64,000 nt of DNA from Candidatus Buchananbacteria bacterium (lineage in GTDB: Bacteria; Patescibacteriota; Patescibacteriia; Buchananbacterales; UBA6539): the NCBI GenBank assembly GCA_013359225.1, contig JABWCG010000002.1:113470-177469 (forward strand), in the 5' to 3' direction. Positions 25,179-36,900 of the stretch are shown here, piece by piece; position 1 is the first letter of the stretch; every line of letters starts with the position of its first letter. A model generated the notes under the pieces. The model searched no databases. It was not told the DNA's origin and saw only the letters and a program-made list of their open reading frames with translations. The position numbers were made by a program, and so were the translations under genes.

Positions 25179-25789
25179 AAATTTTTAAAAAAAATCATTA
25201 TCCGGCCTATTTGGAGGATGATTTATCCGTCGGCAAACAAGCTGCAATTTTTGTTTGGGAAATTTTTAAAGTGGTTGTCATTTCGTTGGCGATCATTATT
25301 CCGGTTCGTTACTACCTGATTAAGCCGTTTTATGTCAAAGGGGCATCAATGGAGCCGACATTCTATGATCATGAATATCTGATTATTAATGAACTAAGCT
25401 ACCATCTTGGTAGCCCGGTCCGCGGCGATGCAGTCGTTTTTAAATATCCGATGGACCCGACTCAGTATTTTATCAAACGAGTTATCGGTTTGCCGGGAGA
25501 AACGGTTAAAATTGCCGACGGTGAAGTTACCATTATCAATAGTGCTAATCCGCAGGGGGTGACGCTGGATGAGCGGTATCTTGACAGTACTGCAAAAACA
25601 ATCGGCGATATTGAAGTAACGCTCGGGCCCGATGAATATTATTTGCTTGGCGATAATCGTTTGGCTAGTCTGGACTCTCGGGTTTTTGGGCCGGTTAAAG
25701 AAGATTTTATTGTCGGTAAAACGCTTTTCCGTGGTTGGCCAATCAGTCGAGCGGGCCTTATAACCAATAATTTAGAATATAATTTATAA
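25175..25789 (+). CDS. lepB: Signal peptidase I
   Basis: 'GASMEPT' (Ser), 'RGD.VVF', 'FIKRVIGLPGE' (Lys), 'GDNR..S.DSR.FG'. Confidence 0.96.
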   Translation: MKIFKKNHYPAYLEDDLSVGKQAAIFVWEIFKVVVISLAIIIPVRYYLIKPFYVKGASMEPTFYDHEYLIINELSYHLGSPVRGDAVVFKYPMDPTQYFIKRVIGLPGETVKIADGEVTIINSANPQGVTLDERYLDSTAKTIGDIEVTLGPDEYYLLGDNRLASLDSRVFGPVKEDFIVGKTLFRGWPISRAGLITNNLEYNL

Positions 25790-25794
25790 CACTT

Positions 25795-27144
25795 ATGAAT
25801 ACTAAGAAACCAGAAAAAGATTTAGAGCCAAAGAAGCCCAGCAAGAAGGGGGCATTAAAGACCGCTCAGCTGTTGCGGGGGTTTAAGGATATTTTGCCCG
25901 CTGAACAGCCGTATTGGGAATTTATCCGTAAAACCACGGAGAGCTTTTATAAAGGGTATGGTTTTTCCAGAATTGATTTGCCAATTTTAGAAGAGGCTAC
26001 CTTGTTTGTCCGGTCAATCGGCAAGGGCACTGACATCGTTGAAAAAGAAATGTTTAGCTTTGTTGACCAGGGGCAGGGGATGGTCGTGATGCGTCCGGAA
26101 GCAACCGCTTCGGTGGTACGGGCATACTTAAATCATGGCATGGTTAACCTGCCACAACCGGTTAAGCTGTTTTATTTTGGGCCGATGTTTCGTCGTGAAC
26201 GACCACAGTCCGGCCGACAGCGCCAATTCCATCAGTTTGGATTTGAAATTATCGGGGATGAAAATCCGGTCATTGATGCTCAGATTATTGCCATTACTAA
26301 CAACTTTTTCCAGGAAATTGGTCTGGGGCAGGTAAGTATTCAGGTTAACAGTATCGGTTGTCCTGATTGCCGGGCGACGTATGTTAAAGAATTAGTGACT
26401 TACTATCGTTCTAAGCGAAAATTGCTGTGTGAAGATTGTAAAAAACGTTTGACCAAAAATCCGCTACGCTTGCTCGATTGTAAAAAACCATCGTGTCAGT
26501 TTGTTAAAAATGAAGCGCCGCAGATTATTGATTGGCTAGACGACGGTTGCAAACAGCATTTCATGAAAGTGGTGGAATATTTGGACGAGCTAAATATTTC
26601 TTACATTTTGAATCCGTATTTAGTACGCGGACTTGATTATTATACCCGAACCGTGTTTGAAGTCTGGCCAAAAGAAATTAAAGAAGGCGCTCAGAGTGCG
26701 TTGTGTGGTGGCGGTCGTTATGATGGTTTGGTTGAACTCCTCGGCGGTCGACCAACGCCGGCAGTCGGTGTTTCAATTGGGGTTGAGCGCGTTATTAGCC
26801 AGTTGCGTCATAATGAAGTGGAAATTGCTGTGGGTAAAACGCCGGAAGTGTTTTTGGCACAGATTGGCGATCAGGCAAAAGTTAAGGCGTTACAGCTGTT
26901 TGAACAGTTACGAAAAGAAAATATTGAAGTGGCCGAAAACTTTTCTAAAGACAGTCTTAAGGCTCAGTTGGAGTTGGCTAATAAGCATAAAGTGAAATAT
27001 GCGCTTATTTTAGGGCAAAAAGAAGTGATGGACGGTACGATTTTGGTTCGCGATATGGAAAGCGGGGTCCAGGAAGTAATTGATTTTAAGAAGACAGTCG
27101 GTGAAGTTAAAAAGAAATTGTTAAACGGCCGGATCAAAGAATAA
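25795..27144 (+). CDS. hisS: Histidyl-tRNA synthetase
   Basis: 'TDIVEKEMF', 'RPEATA', 'FRRERPQSGRQRQFHQ', 'LVRGLDYYT', 'GGGRYD'. Confidence 0.97.
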   Translation: MNTKKPEKDLEPKKPSKKGALKTAQLLRGFKDILPAEQPYWEFIRKTTESFYKGYGFSRIDLPILEEATLFVRSIGKGTDIVEKEMFSFVDQGQGMVVMRPEATASVVRAYLNHGMVNLPQPVKLFYFGPMFRRERPQSGRQRQFHQFGFEIIGDENPVIDAQIIAITNNFFQEIGLGQVSIQVNSIGCPDCRATYVKELVTYYRSKRKLLCEDCKKRLTKNPLRLLDCKKPSCQFVKNEAPQIIDWLDDGCKQHFMKVVEYLDELNISYILNPYLVRGLDYYTRTVFEVWPKEIKEGAQSALCGGGRYDGLVELLGGRPTPAVGVSIGVERVISQLRHNEVEIAVGKTPEVFLAQIGDQAKVKALQLFEQLRKENIEVAENFSKDSLKAQLELANKHKVKYALILGQKEVMDGTILVRDMESGVQEVIDFKKTVGEVKKKLLNGRIKE

Positions 27145-27249
27145 TTTTGTTGACTTATAGTGTTAAAAGTGGTATTGTTTAGTCAGTCGAACCATAAAAA
27201 TTTGATTAAAAATTTATTAATTATTCCTCATAAAGGAGGTGAATTGTAG

Positions 27250-27492
27250 GTGGCAGAAGTAAAAAGAAAGAAAAGTGAGACTTTTGAAAGCTTGCTTCGG
27301 CGGTTTCATAAGAAATTGCAGCAGAGCGGTCGCTTAATCCAGTCTCGAAAGATTCGTTTTCACGAAAAACCAAAGAACAAGACCAAGGTCCGAGCGGAAG
27401 CTCTCCGTCGGAAAGAAATTACTGAAAAGCGAGAATACTTAAAGAAAATCGGTAAATTAAAAGACGAAAAAACACCTAGTTCTTATCGTTAA
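27250..27492 (+). CDS. rpsU: 30S ribosomal protein S21 (bS21)
   Basis: AAAGGAGG RBS, GTG start, 'V.RK..E.FESLLRRF.KK', 'RFHEKP'; linked to yqeY. Confidence 0.82.
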   Translation: MAEVKRKKSETFESLLRRFHKKLQQSGRLIQSRKIRFHEKPKNKTKVRAEALRRKEITEKREYLKKIGKLKDEKTPSSYR

Positions 27493-27497
27493 ATTCA

Positions 27498-27953
27498 ATG
27501 GATATTGTTTCGCAGCTAGAACAAGATTACGTCCAGGCATTCAAGAAGAAAGATGAACTGGCGGTTTTGGTTTTACGGCAGCTGAAAACCTCAATTGCTA
27601 ACGCCGAAATTGCCAATAATCGAGCGAAGCTTGATGAAGCTGGCTTAATTAAACTACTTCGCAGTGAAGTAAAAAAACGTCGCGATGCCGCCGGATTGTA
27701 CCAGCAGGGTGGCCGTGCCGAATTAGCTCGCAAAGAAGAACAAGAAATTGAAATTATCAGCCGCTATTTACCCGCGGCGTTGAGTGAAGATCAGATCAAT
27801 CAAAAAATTGATGAGGTGATTGCCAAAACAGGCGCCAGTTCAGTCCAGGATATGGGCAAAGTGATTGGCGCCGTTATGGCCTCTTTGGGTGGTGCGGCCG
27901 ACGGGAGCGTAGTGAGTGAATTGATCAAACAAAAATTAAACAAAAAAAGTTAG
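27498..27953 (+). CDS. GatB/YqeY domain protein
   Basis: 'AFKKKD', 'KKRRDA...Y..GGR.ELA.KE..E', 'DMGKV', 'ADG..VS'. Confidence 0.92.
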   Translation: MDIVSQLEQDYVQAFKKKDELAVLVLRQLKTSIANAEIANNRAKLDEAGLIKLLRSEVKKRRDAAGLYQQGGRAELARKEEQEIEIISRYLPAALSEDQINQKIDEVIAKTGASSVQDMGKVIGAVMASLGGAADGSVVSELIKQKLNKKS

Positions 27954-28051
27954 ATTTCTGGCAAAGGGGGTTAATCTTTATCTAAACACTTGCTTATTTT
28001 TAGGGAAGTACATAATTTTAAATATTTTTTGAAAAATAAAATTATCATATT

Positions 28052-30928
28052 ATGAATAGTAAAAGACTGTTTAATAACTTCCTAAAGATTTTTGAAACTA
28101 AAGCTACCATGGTGGTTTGCGCCGTGGTAGTTTTTGTTTTTGTTTTTGCGCCGGCGGCGTTTGCCTTAGAAACCGGTCTGCAGTATGGTACAGCATCCGG
28201 GCTTGGTACCCAGGATTTGCGGGTAAGTATTATGAAGATTATCCGGATTATTTTGGGATTTGTCGGGATTATTGCCATTTTGATTACGCTTTATGCCGGG
28301 TTTATTTGGATGACGTCCGGCGGCAATGCCGATAAGATTGATACCGCCAAGCGGACTCTACGCAATGCCGTCATTGGTTTGGTGATTATTTTTTCTGCGT
28401 TTGCCATTGTCAGCTTTATTATCGGAGCGCTTGAAGGCGCGCTGACTCAGCCGGGTTTGCCGGGCGGCCAGCCGCCGGATACCGGCTGTGTTAACTGCGG
28501 CCACTTGGGCGGCGGCATCATTGAAAGCGTTTATCCGACACCATTCCAGCGCGATGTTCCTCGTAATACCAATATTCAAGTTACTTTTAAAGTGCCGATG
28601 CAGCCAAATACCATTATTGACGGCGCTCCAGCCAGCTGTTCAGTGAGCAGCCCCTGCCAGGGTGAATTAGTTGCTGATAACGTTAAGATTTTTAAAGCGG
28701 ATGAGGATGAAGACGATGATAAGCTGGCTGCAGACGAAGTGGTGGTTACTAGCACCGACGGTAAAACGTTTATTATGGATGTTATTGATTATTTAGGTGA
28801 CTCGGCTAATAAAACGTGGTATTCGGTCAAATTGGATAATGATATCTTGAAAGATAATGGCCAGCTGGCTTTTCCGGGAGTTGACGATTTCTTCTTGTGG
28901 CAGTTTGAAGTTGGCACTTTCTTGGACCTTGATCCGGTTGAAGTGTTAAACGTTTTTCCGGCCCCTGATGACGCCAGTGACGACTATGATCAAACCAGTC
29001 CGCAGGCCGCCTTTGCGACATTGACAGTGCTTTCAAATCCGATTGCGGAAGTGGTGGCTGACGTTGATACGCCGGTCGTTACTGCCGGTACCACCGCTGC
29101 CTCGGTTAGTGGCACCTATAATGGATCATTTAACGGCAATGTGCGGGTAACGATTAATCCCGGTTCAAACACTGCTGAAGTTTTTTGGGAAACCGGTAGT
29201 GCAGACAACAACTCGGCGGCAGCAATTAATAATAATACGATTGGTTTAGGCAGTGGTTTACTGTTAACTTTGAGCGACGGGTATGCTGCCGGCAATCAGT
29301 GGACAATCACTGTTACGGCTGCGCGGCCGGCTGATACGTTACGAATCGGTTCCCGGCTTTATACATTTGTATCCGGCACCGCGGCGACCAATCAAATCCA
29401 AATTGGTAATACCTTGACCGTTACTGCCGGCAACATTGTCTCGGCGCTGGCGGACAATCTTGATGTTGAGGCCTCAAATACCGGTCCGTCTATTACCGTC
29501 ACCGCCAAGTTGGCCGGTAGTCAGGGCAACAGTATTGTGGTCCAGACCCGCGGCACCTGGTCTGATATCTGTAGTGGCAGTCCGCTGGTGTGTAATGCGA
29601 ACCAGAATAATTTGGCGCGTGGTGCAAATCAGGTTTTAACTCCGACGACTAACGATGCTCCTGACCAACCAAAAAATAGTATTATCAGTATTGATTTTAA
29701 TGAACCAATTGATGTTTCAAAAGTTAGTAATGCAACGATGATTGTCCAATACGAGGCTACACCCGGCAATTGGCAGACGGTTAATGGAGTGTATTTGTTT
29801 AGCAACCAGTATAAGACTGTTGAATTTTTGTCGGAGAATGCCTGTACCGACGTTTTTGGCAATCCAGTGATTAATTCCTGCGGCGAAGGCATCTTTTGTC
29901 TACCAACCGTTTCGCCCGATCCCGATCCGTACCAGGCAACTCATTATCGGGTAATTGTTAAGGCCGGGCTATTAAAAGAATGTGCTAGTAATTCCGACTG
30001 TTCAGACCCCAACTTCAACACGTGTGTTGCAACCGGTTCGGGTCAGGCCTGTCAGGGAACCTTTGATGCAGTTGAAGCGTTTTACCCAGAAACGCGGGAT
30101 CTTAACGCCAATGGCATTACGGATGCCGCCAACAATTCATTCAACGGTAATAAAGATGAGTACGTCTTAAACGGCCGGTCGTATGGCAAGGCTGACGGTC
30201 CGGCTGAACAAAGCGGCCAGGCCGAGTATAACCTTAACGATGGTGTTACCGCTAATCTTGGTGACGATTTAGTTTGGTATTTCTATATTAATAAGACACT
30301 TAATTTGGTTCCGCCAAAAGTGTCAACAATGGGGCCAACCATCAACCAGAGCGCCATTAGTCTGACCGAAGCGCCAAATGTGACTTTTGATAAATTGGTT
30401 AGCAGCAGCAGCTTGAAGCCGGGCAATAACTACCGTGATGGTTTTTGCTACTGTCAAAACGATTCAGAATGCAATCAAACCGCTGGAGAAACGTGTGATA
30501 CGATGCGCAACAAATGTGTTAATGCCAATGATGATGCCCAGACTTTCTGTGAACAGGATAATGAGTGTGAAACTAATCGTTGTGACAATAAGAAGTACGT
30601 TACTTTAATTGATCGTGCCACACCGAAAGTTGGTTGGTGGACTACGAAAGAAGATTTGGATACCGGTACGCCGCGCGATGGTTATGGTGACCAGACTAGG
30701 GGTTCGATCCGACACACTATCTTTAATGAAATCACGAATTACGGTGCGGAATTTGGTTCGGGGGTTAAAGATATCTATCAGAACTGTTACTTCCCGGGCG
30801 GTGGACCGGATGTTGGTCCGCTACCAAACTCTGATTGTCCGGTAACAGTTAACTTGCCGTACTGTTGTAATGGTGTGGCCTATAGTCAGGCTGATTGGGA
30901 AAACACGTCGTGTTTTACTGGGTATTAG
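28052..30928 (+). CDS. 958-aa surface protein: VirB2/TrbC-like (T4SS-type) pilin N-terminus, SbsA/Big_5 Ig-like domains and Cys-rich modules
   Basis: Signal 'AAFA/LETG', pilin 'IIRIILGFVGIIAIL..LYAGFIWMTSGGN.DKI..AK..L.NAVIGLVII.SAFAIV.FI'; 'VYP.P....VPRNT.I.VTF' Ig starts. Confidence 0.75.
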   Translation: MNSKRLFNNFLKIFETKATMVVCAVVVFVFVFAPAAFALETGLQYGTASGLGTQDLRVSIMKIIRIILGFVGIIAILITLYAGFIWMTSGGNADKIDTAKRTLRNAVIGLVIIFSAFAIVSFIIGALEGALTQPGLPGGQPPDTGCVNCGHLGGGIIESVYPTPFQRDVPRNTNIQVTFKVPMQPNTIIDGAPASCSVSSPCQGELVADNVKIFKADEDEDDDKLAADEVVVTSTDGKTFIMDVIDYLGDSANKTWYSVKLDNDILKDNGQLAFPGVDDFFLWQFEVGTFLDLDPVEVLNVFPAPDDASDDYDQTSPQAAFATLTVLSNPIAEVVADVDTPVVTAGTTAASVSGTYNGSFNGNVRVTINPGSNTAEVFWETGSADNNSAAAINNNTIGLGSGLLLTLSDGYAAGNQWTITVTAARPADTLRIGSRLYTFVSGTAATNQIQIGNTLTVTAGNIVSALADNLDVEASNTGPSITVTAKLAGSQGNSIVVQTRGTWSDICSGSPLVCNANQNNLARGANQVLTPTTNDAPDQPKNSIISIDFNEPIDVSKVSNATMIVQYEATPGNWQTVNGVYLFSNQYKTVEFLSENACTDVFGNPVINSCGEGIFCLPTVSPDPDPYQATHYRVIVKAGLLKECASNSDCSDPNFNTCVATGSGQACQGTFDAVEAFYPETRDLNANGITDAANNSFNGNKDEYVLNGRSYGKADGPAEQSGQAEYNLNDGVTANLGDDLVWYFYINKTLNLVPPKVSTMGPTINQSAISLTEAPNVTFDKLVSSSSLKPGNNYRDGFCYCQNDSECNQTAGETCDTMRNKCVNANDDAQTFCEQDNECETNRCDNKKYVTLIDRATPKVGWWTTKEDLDTGTPRDGYGDQTRGSIRHTIFNEITNYGAEFGSGVKDIYQNCYFPGGGPDVGPLPNSDCPVTVNLPYCCNGVAYSQADWENTSCFTGY

Positions 30929-30954
30929 AACTAATTTGATTTTACGTTAAGGGA

Positions 30955-33900
30955 ATGATCCCGAAAAAATCAAAAATAAAAAAATTAATCTTACCAATCG
31001 TATTTGGTTTGGTTCTTGGCAGCTTTTTAGTTGGTAGTTCAGTTTTGGCGTTAGAAACCGGTCTTGGATACGGCACATTCTCCGGTTTGGGCACCCAGGA
31101 TCTGCGGGTATCGGTCATGAATGTCGTTCGAGCGATACTTGGATTTTTGGGAGTGTTAGCCATCGTGATTATTTTCTACGGCGGCTTTATTTGGATGACC
31201 GCTGGTGGTAATGCGGACCGGATTGCAACGGCTAAAAAGATTTTAACCAACGCTGTAATTGGGTTAGTCATTATCTTTACTTCGTTTGCCATCACTAGTT
31301 TTGTCATTAATCAGCTGATTAATGCGACTGGTGCTGGCGGTGGTGGTATTACTCCGGGTAGTTGTGATGAACCTTCGGATGTTGGTGCAGTGAATGGCTG
31401 TTATGTTTGTACCGATTTTGGCAGTAACTACGGTTGGCAGGTTGATTGCAGCATTAACGGTTGTTGTCCGGGTCCTGCGCAATGCGGCGTGGTAAGCATT
31501 ACACCATCGTCGCCACCAAATCAGCCGATGAACGCGGTGGTGCGAGTTCGGTTTAATCTGCCCACAATTACCGGGGTTGATGAAATCCAGGTTATTGATA
31601 CGACGACCGGAAATCCGGTGGCCGTTAACCGAACGGTTGTTGGCAACGTGGTTGAGATTAGACCCACCGCTTTTTGCGCCGCGCCACAAGATGCTTTGAA
31701 TTGTTTTCCGGCAAACACCACCTTTAACATTGCCATGAATTCCGGATCAATTCAGTGCGGCGGTCAGAACTTGGTGTGTGGTGGTTTTCCGGACCCCTGT
31801 CAGGGCAGTTTTACCACAGGGGATTTTGTAGACATCGCCGGTCCGACGGTTGAGCTGGTTGATCGCCAGATTTGTCAGGGCACAACTAACGAATTGCGGG
31901 CGTTGGTCAATGACGATTATGGTATTGATAACGTTCAATTTTTTGATACAACATACGGTGTTTTGATTAGTACTGATACTAATGTCAGCGTACCACCGGA
32001 AGGTTTTGCTACTGGTAATTGGGACACTTCAACATACGCAATCAATGAGTTTGTGACCGTGGAGGCGCGAGCGTCTGATTATGATAGTCATGTTGCGACT
32101 GATCAGTTGCAATTTACCATTCGCGCCGGTCATTGCTGTAACGCGGTGCAAGATGGCGATGAAACCGGCTTGAATTGTGGTGGTAATGATTGTGAAGCGT
32201 GTAATCCGGTTATTGAGTGGGTGTCGCCGTTAAACGGCGAACAGGGTAACTTGATAACGGTTCATGGCCGTCATTTTGGCGATATCCCCGGAACAGTGAC
32301 TTTTTTGGGCGCACCAAATGACGGTGGTGCCGATAATCAGGATGGACTCAATCCGGCTTCAATTAACCCTCAGTGCAGTAACTATTGGACCGATACGGAA
32401 ATTGTCACTGTTGTTCCTGATGCTCAGGACGGACCAATTATGGTCCGGGCGAACAATGGTACGGTTGACACCACTAATGAGTTGCCGGGCAATACGATTG
32501 CCGATTTTGATCGTAACGATGTTGAGCGCCCCGGTATTTGTACGGTTGTGCCATCCAGTGGCGAGCCCGGTGATGCGGTTGTGATTCATGGTCTGCGCCT
32601 TGATGCTGGCAGTGAAGTATATTTCAGTTCGGTGTTAGCCGGCGGTACCCCGGTTGCTGATGGTTTAATGGTAACTGGCGCCACGGTGCCGAATCTGGAT
32701 CCGGCTCAGGTTGGTCTGCGGGTTAAAAATCAAACCCAGTTTAGTAACCCTAAAACTTTTTCGGTTGGCGACGCCAACGCTCCCGGCCAATTTCAGTGCA
32801 GCAGCGATCAGTTGACGTGTAGTCCGGATCAGTCAAAATGTACGCCGGACAAATTCTGTAATAGTTCTTGTAACTGCGAACCGCGTCAGACCTGTGATAC
32901 TAACACCGGCACACCCAGTTGTGAACCGAGTCAGGGTTTGTGTGATCCTGGGTGGTTTTGTTATAACCCGTTGCCCGATGGAACCCATCAGCCAGATCCA
33001 AACAAGCTTGCTTGTCACTGCTATCAAGCCCAGTTTTGTGACGATCCGACCTTAGCCGCTGATGTTCAAAATCCGGCCTGTCACCCTAATGATGGAGCAT
33101 GTCCGGATAATTATACCTGTGACCCTAATAGTAATTGTACTTGCCAGCCTGTCAGTTCGATTGGTGACGATTCAGCTTACGGCTGGTTTTTCCAGTCGGG
33201 GATTAAGCCGGGATCGTGTAGCAATGAAGCGGGTATTTGTGATCCAAATAGCGCGTTATGTAATAACGGCGAGACATGCAATCCAACGACTTGTAATTGT
33301 GAACCAACCACTCAATTTGCTTGTAGTAGTGACCCTAACGTTTGTAGCCCCGATCCTGATTTGTGTGAAACGGGAACTTTTTGTAATCAAACTTGTCAGT
33401 GTGAAACTCTGGTTCCTTGTGATGCCGATCCAAACAGTCCCAGTTGCGAACCCAGTGCCTGTCCACAGAGTTATTTCTGTTACAGCGCTTCGGTCGGTGA
33501 CCCGGGGTATGATGCGAAAAAATTAGATTGTTATTGTTATCCGGGCATTTTGTGCGACGGAGATATTAGCACGCCGGTTTGTGATCCGGATAACGATTTT
33601 TGTCCAACCGATTATGAATGTAATCCAAACAGCTGTTTTTGTGAGGCTCAGGTAAAGGTTTCAGACAGTTCGACGTATACATGGTTTTTCAATACGACAT
33701 CGTTTGGTCCGCGGGTAGTTGAGAGTTGTAACCGATCAAACACTTGTGACATTGACAGCTATTCCAGTCCGTCACCATATAATGTTTCCGGCACCAGAGC
33801 GGGTGGTTATACGGTGAGTGGTGCTCGACCTGACGACGGTGCGATTCCGGTTGATTCGATTATTACGGCAATGTTTACTACCGAGATGGTTGAAAATTCC

Positions 33901-36900
33901 ATCAACGAAACATCGGTAATCGTCTTGCGATGTAATGAGGCGAGTCAGCCGTTTAATCCGACTAGTTGTGGTGCCCAGCAAATTATTGACGATAACGGCA
34001 TAGACGTTCATGGCTGTGATTATCTTGGTGAGGCGGTAACGTGTTTTGATTTTGAACCTTCGGCCTTGCTAACTAAGAATTATTGGTACCAGGTCACGTT
34101 AAATACGAGTCAAATTTTTGGCACCAATGGTGTCAATTTAATTGGTAACAGTATTGATAATAATTACCGCTGGGTCTTTAAGACGCGTGACAGTGATGAA
34201 CTTAGCCGCGTTGCCTGTGTTTATGTTGAACCGACATATCAAACAGCATACAACTTAGGAGCTGAACATGACTGGAATGCCTATGTGTCACCGGAAGATT
34301 TTGTGTGTGTTTTGATGAATCCGGATCGATCATGCACTTGGGATTGGACAACTTCCGACGGTCGGGCCACGGTGATTGACCAAAACGGCAATGAAGCAAC
34401 AACACAAGCCTTGGCAGAAACACTGCCTGATCCGCCGGTTGACGTGATCGCGAGCTGTACCTTTAGTGACGGCCAGAAAGATGGTGAAGGTAAGCTGACA
34501 ATTGATTTAACCTCGCCATATGTTATTGATAAGTTTCCTGATTGTGGTACGGCGTGTTTGAATGCCAGAATTGGTGCGACGTTCAGTCGGGCGATGGATG
34601 CGGTGAGTGTGACTGACGCAATGACTTTGTATATCTGCTATAACAATCCAAATTGTGAGATTGGTCCCGCCAATGAAGTTACGAGCTTTAGTAAGCCAAC
34701 TGCTCCAGCGCCGGATGAAGCACCAAACACTTTTGTTGGTGACATGCCGTGCTTTGACGTTAATGATGATGGAAAATATGATTATTGTTTGCTGCCCGAT
34801 ACGTATTACCGCGTAGTTATCAACAATACGGCAGTCAGCGCCAATGACAATAAGCCGTTGGCAGGGTTGAATTTTGACGATCCGACGCTTGGTGGTACCG
34901 GCGACCTTGATTCGTATTCTTGGATTTTCAAGACCCAGGCTGATGCCGGTCTTTGTCTGCCGGATCGTATTGATGTTTTCCCACAAGACGAAGTAACACC
35001 GGTTGATACTACTATTAATTATGCCTCGCGTCCCCGCACTGCCGGCGATGCCTGCGATCCGGAATTCGGCCAGCGGTTAAATCCGTATATTTGGAGCTGG
35101 GATTATGATACTAATTTAGTCTCTCGCCAGTTTGATAATCCGTTTTGTAGTGGTTACGAAGTAGCAAACCTTTTGAGTACCGCGCCGCAAAATTATTGTA
35201 CTGAGCGCTTGCCGGGTAGCTTGCGCCAGTCATGCGGCAATAATGTAATTGAAATTGGCGAATCGTGTGACGATGGTAATCTGGTTAATGGTGATGGCTG
35301 TTCGAATTCTTGTTTGCATGAAGGGACAGTGACGCCGACCTGCGGCGATGGCAAAATTGGCGCCGGTGAGGAGTGTGAAACTCCCGGATCAAATTATTGT
35401 GGTGCGGACTGTTTGTGGGTTGGTAATACTGATTATGATTTGGAAGTGTGTGGCAATGGCATTGTTGAGCTTTCTGAAATGTGTGAATATCCAAACACTC
35501 CTGGGTGTGGGGCAACCTGCTTGTTGAGCGGTACTACTGGGGCAGCGATTTGTGGCAACGGCGTAATTGATCGGGGAGAAGAGTGTGATGAAGCCGAGCG
35601 GTTGAATGGTGATGCTCCGTCAAGCGGTGATTATAACGGCGACGGTATCAGTTGTGGCCCGACTTGTTTGATTGAAAATCGTGGTATTGGCGTCTGTCGC
35701 TCAGTTGCCACTAACAAGTTTGATTTTACACAAAACGGTGGCAGCTGTAACACTGGATATGTAGCGGTGCCACTTAATACTGCTACTGGCAACAGTAATG
35801 TTGGTTCGGTTTGCGGCAACCGGATTACCGAGCTTGGTGAACAGTGTGATCTTGGCGGCCGGTGTAGTGATAATAATAAACCTTGTACAGTTAGTAATCT
35901 TTCTAATTGCGCGAATTCGGCGACAGCGACCTGCGAGCCGCGTGATACGTATTGTTTTGACCCAGGCAACGCGACCGATGGTCAAACTTGTCCGACGCCT
36001 GGTTCGGCGTGCGGCACTAGCGGTGTGTGTATTGCCAATACTTGTACTGTTGAGTGTTTAAATGCCGGTTATCCGAGCGGATTTTATTCTGACAATATCA
36101 GTCCATATCAGATTGCTGCAGCCACCAAAGACGGTGAAACATATATCCAGTCATGGATTGGTGGCTATTCGCCGGTGGATACTGGGCCGATGGGCGAGGG
36201 GCATTTGTTGGTTGGTAATGGCGGCGGTAATCAGTTTGTGATCGTTGAACGCTGGCCTGATTGCGGTAGTGCATGTTTGAACGCCGACATTGGCGGACGC
36301 TTCAGTAAGTCGGCAGATCCGAATACGGTTAATGATTTGCAGGCAATTGATTTAGGTGCTGACCGAATTTTCCTCTACGAATGTGGCTTAGACTATAGTT
36401 GTGCAATTGATAGCCTTGAACCGATTGAGGTGAGTGTTGATTCCTATATTGAAGAATATGTTAATGATGCTTTTCGTATCAACCTGCCGCTTTTCTATAA
36501 TTTGATTGATCATGACAACAATCCGTCCACGCCAATGGTGAACGCCTTGTTGCCGAATACTAATTATCGTGTCGTGGTTCGTAATACGGTAACCAGCGCC
36601 GAAGGCTTGGCTTTGACTGGCTTAAATTTTGACGATCCTTATTACGATTACCAAAATCCCGACACTGGCAGCCGTCTTGATTCTCATTCTTGGGTCTTTA
36701 GAACACAAGACACCAGCGAGATTTGCAGTCTGGACAGCGTAAATGTTAATCCGGATGATTATTACTCGGAATCAGATGCCAGTGTGAGGTATAGCTCGGA
36801 GCCACGCAGTGAGCCTGACGTATGTGATCCGCGTTACGGCCAGCGGTTAAATCCGTTTTACTACGATTGGAATTGGGATGATGAAGAGGTGACTGGAAAT

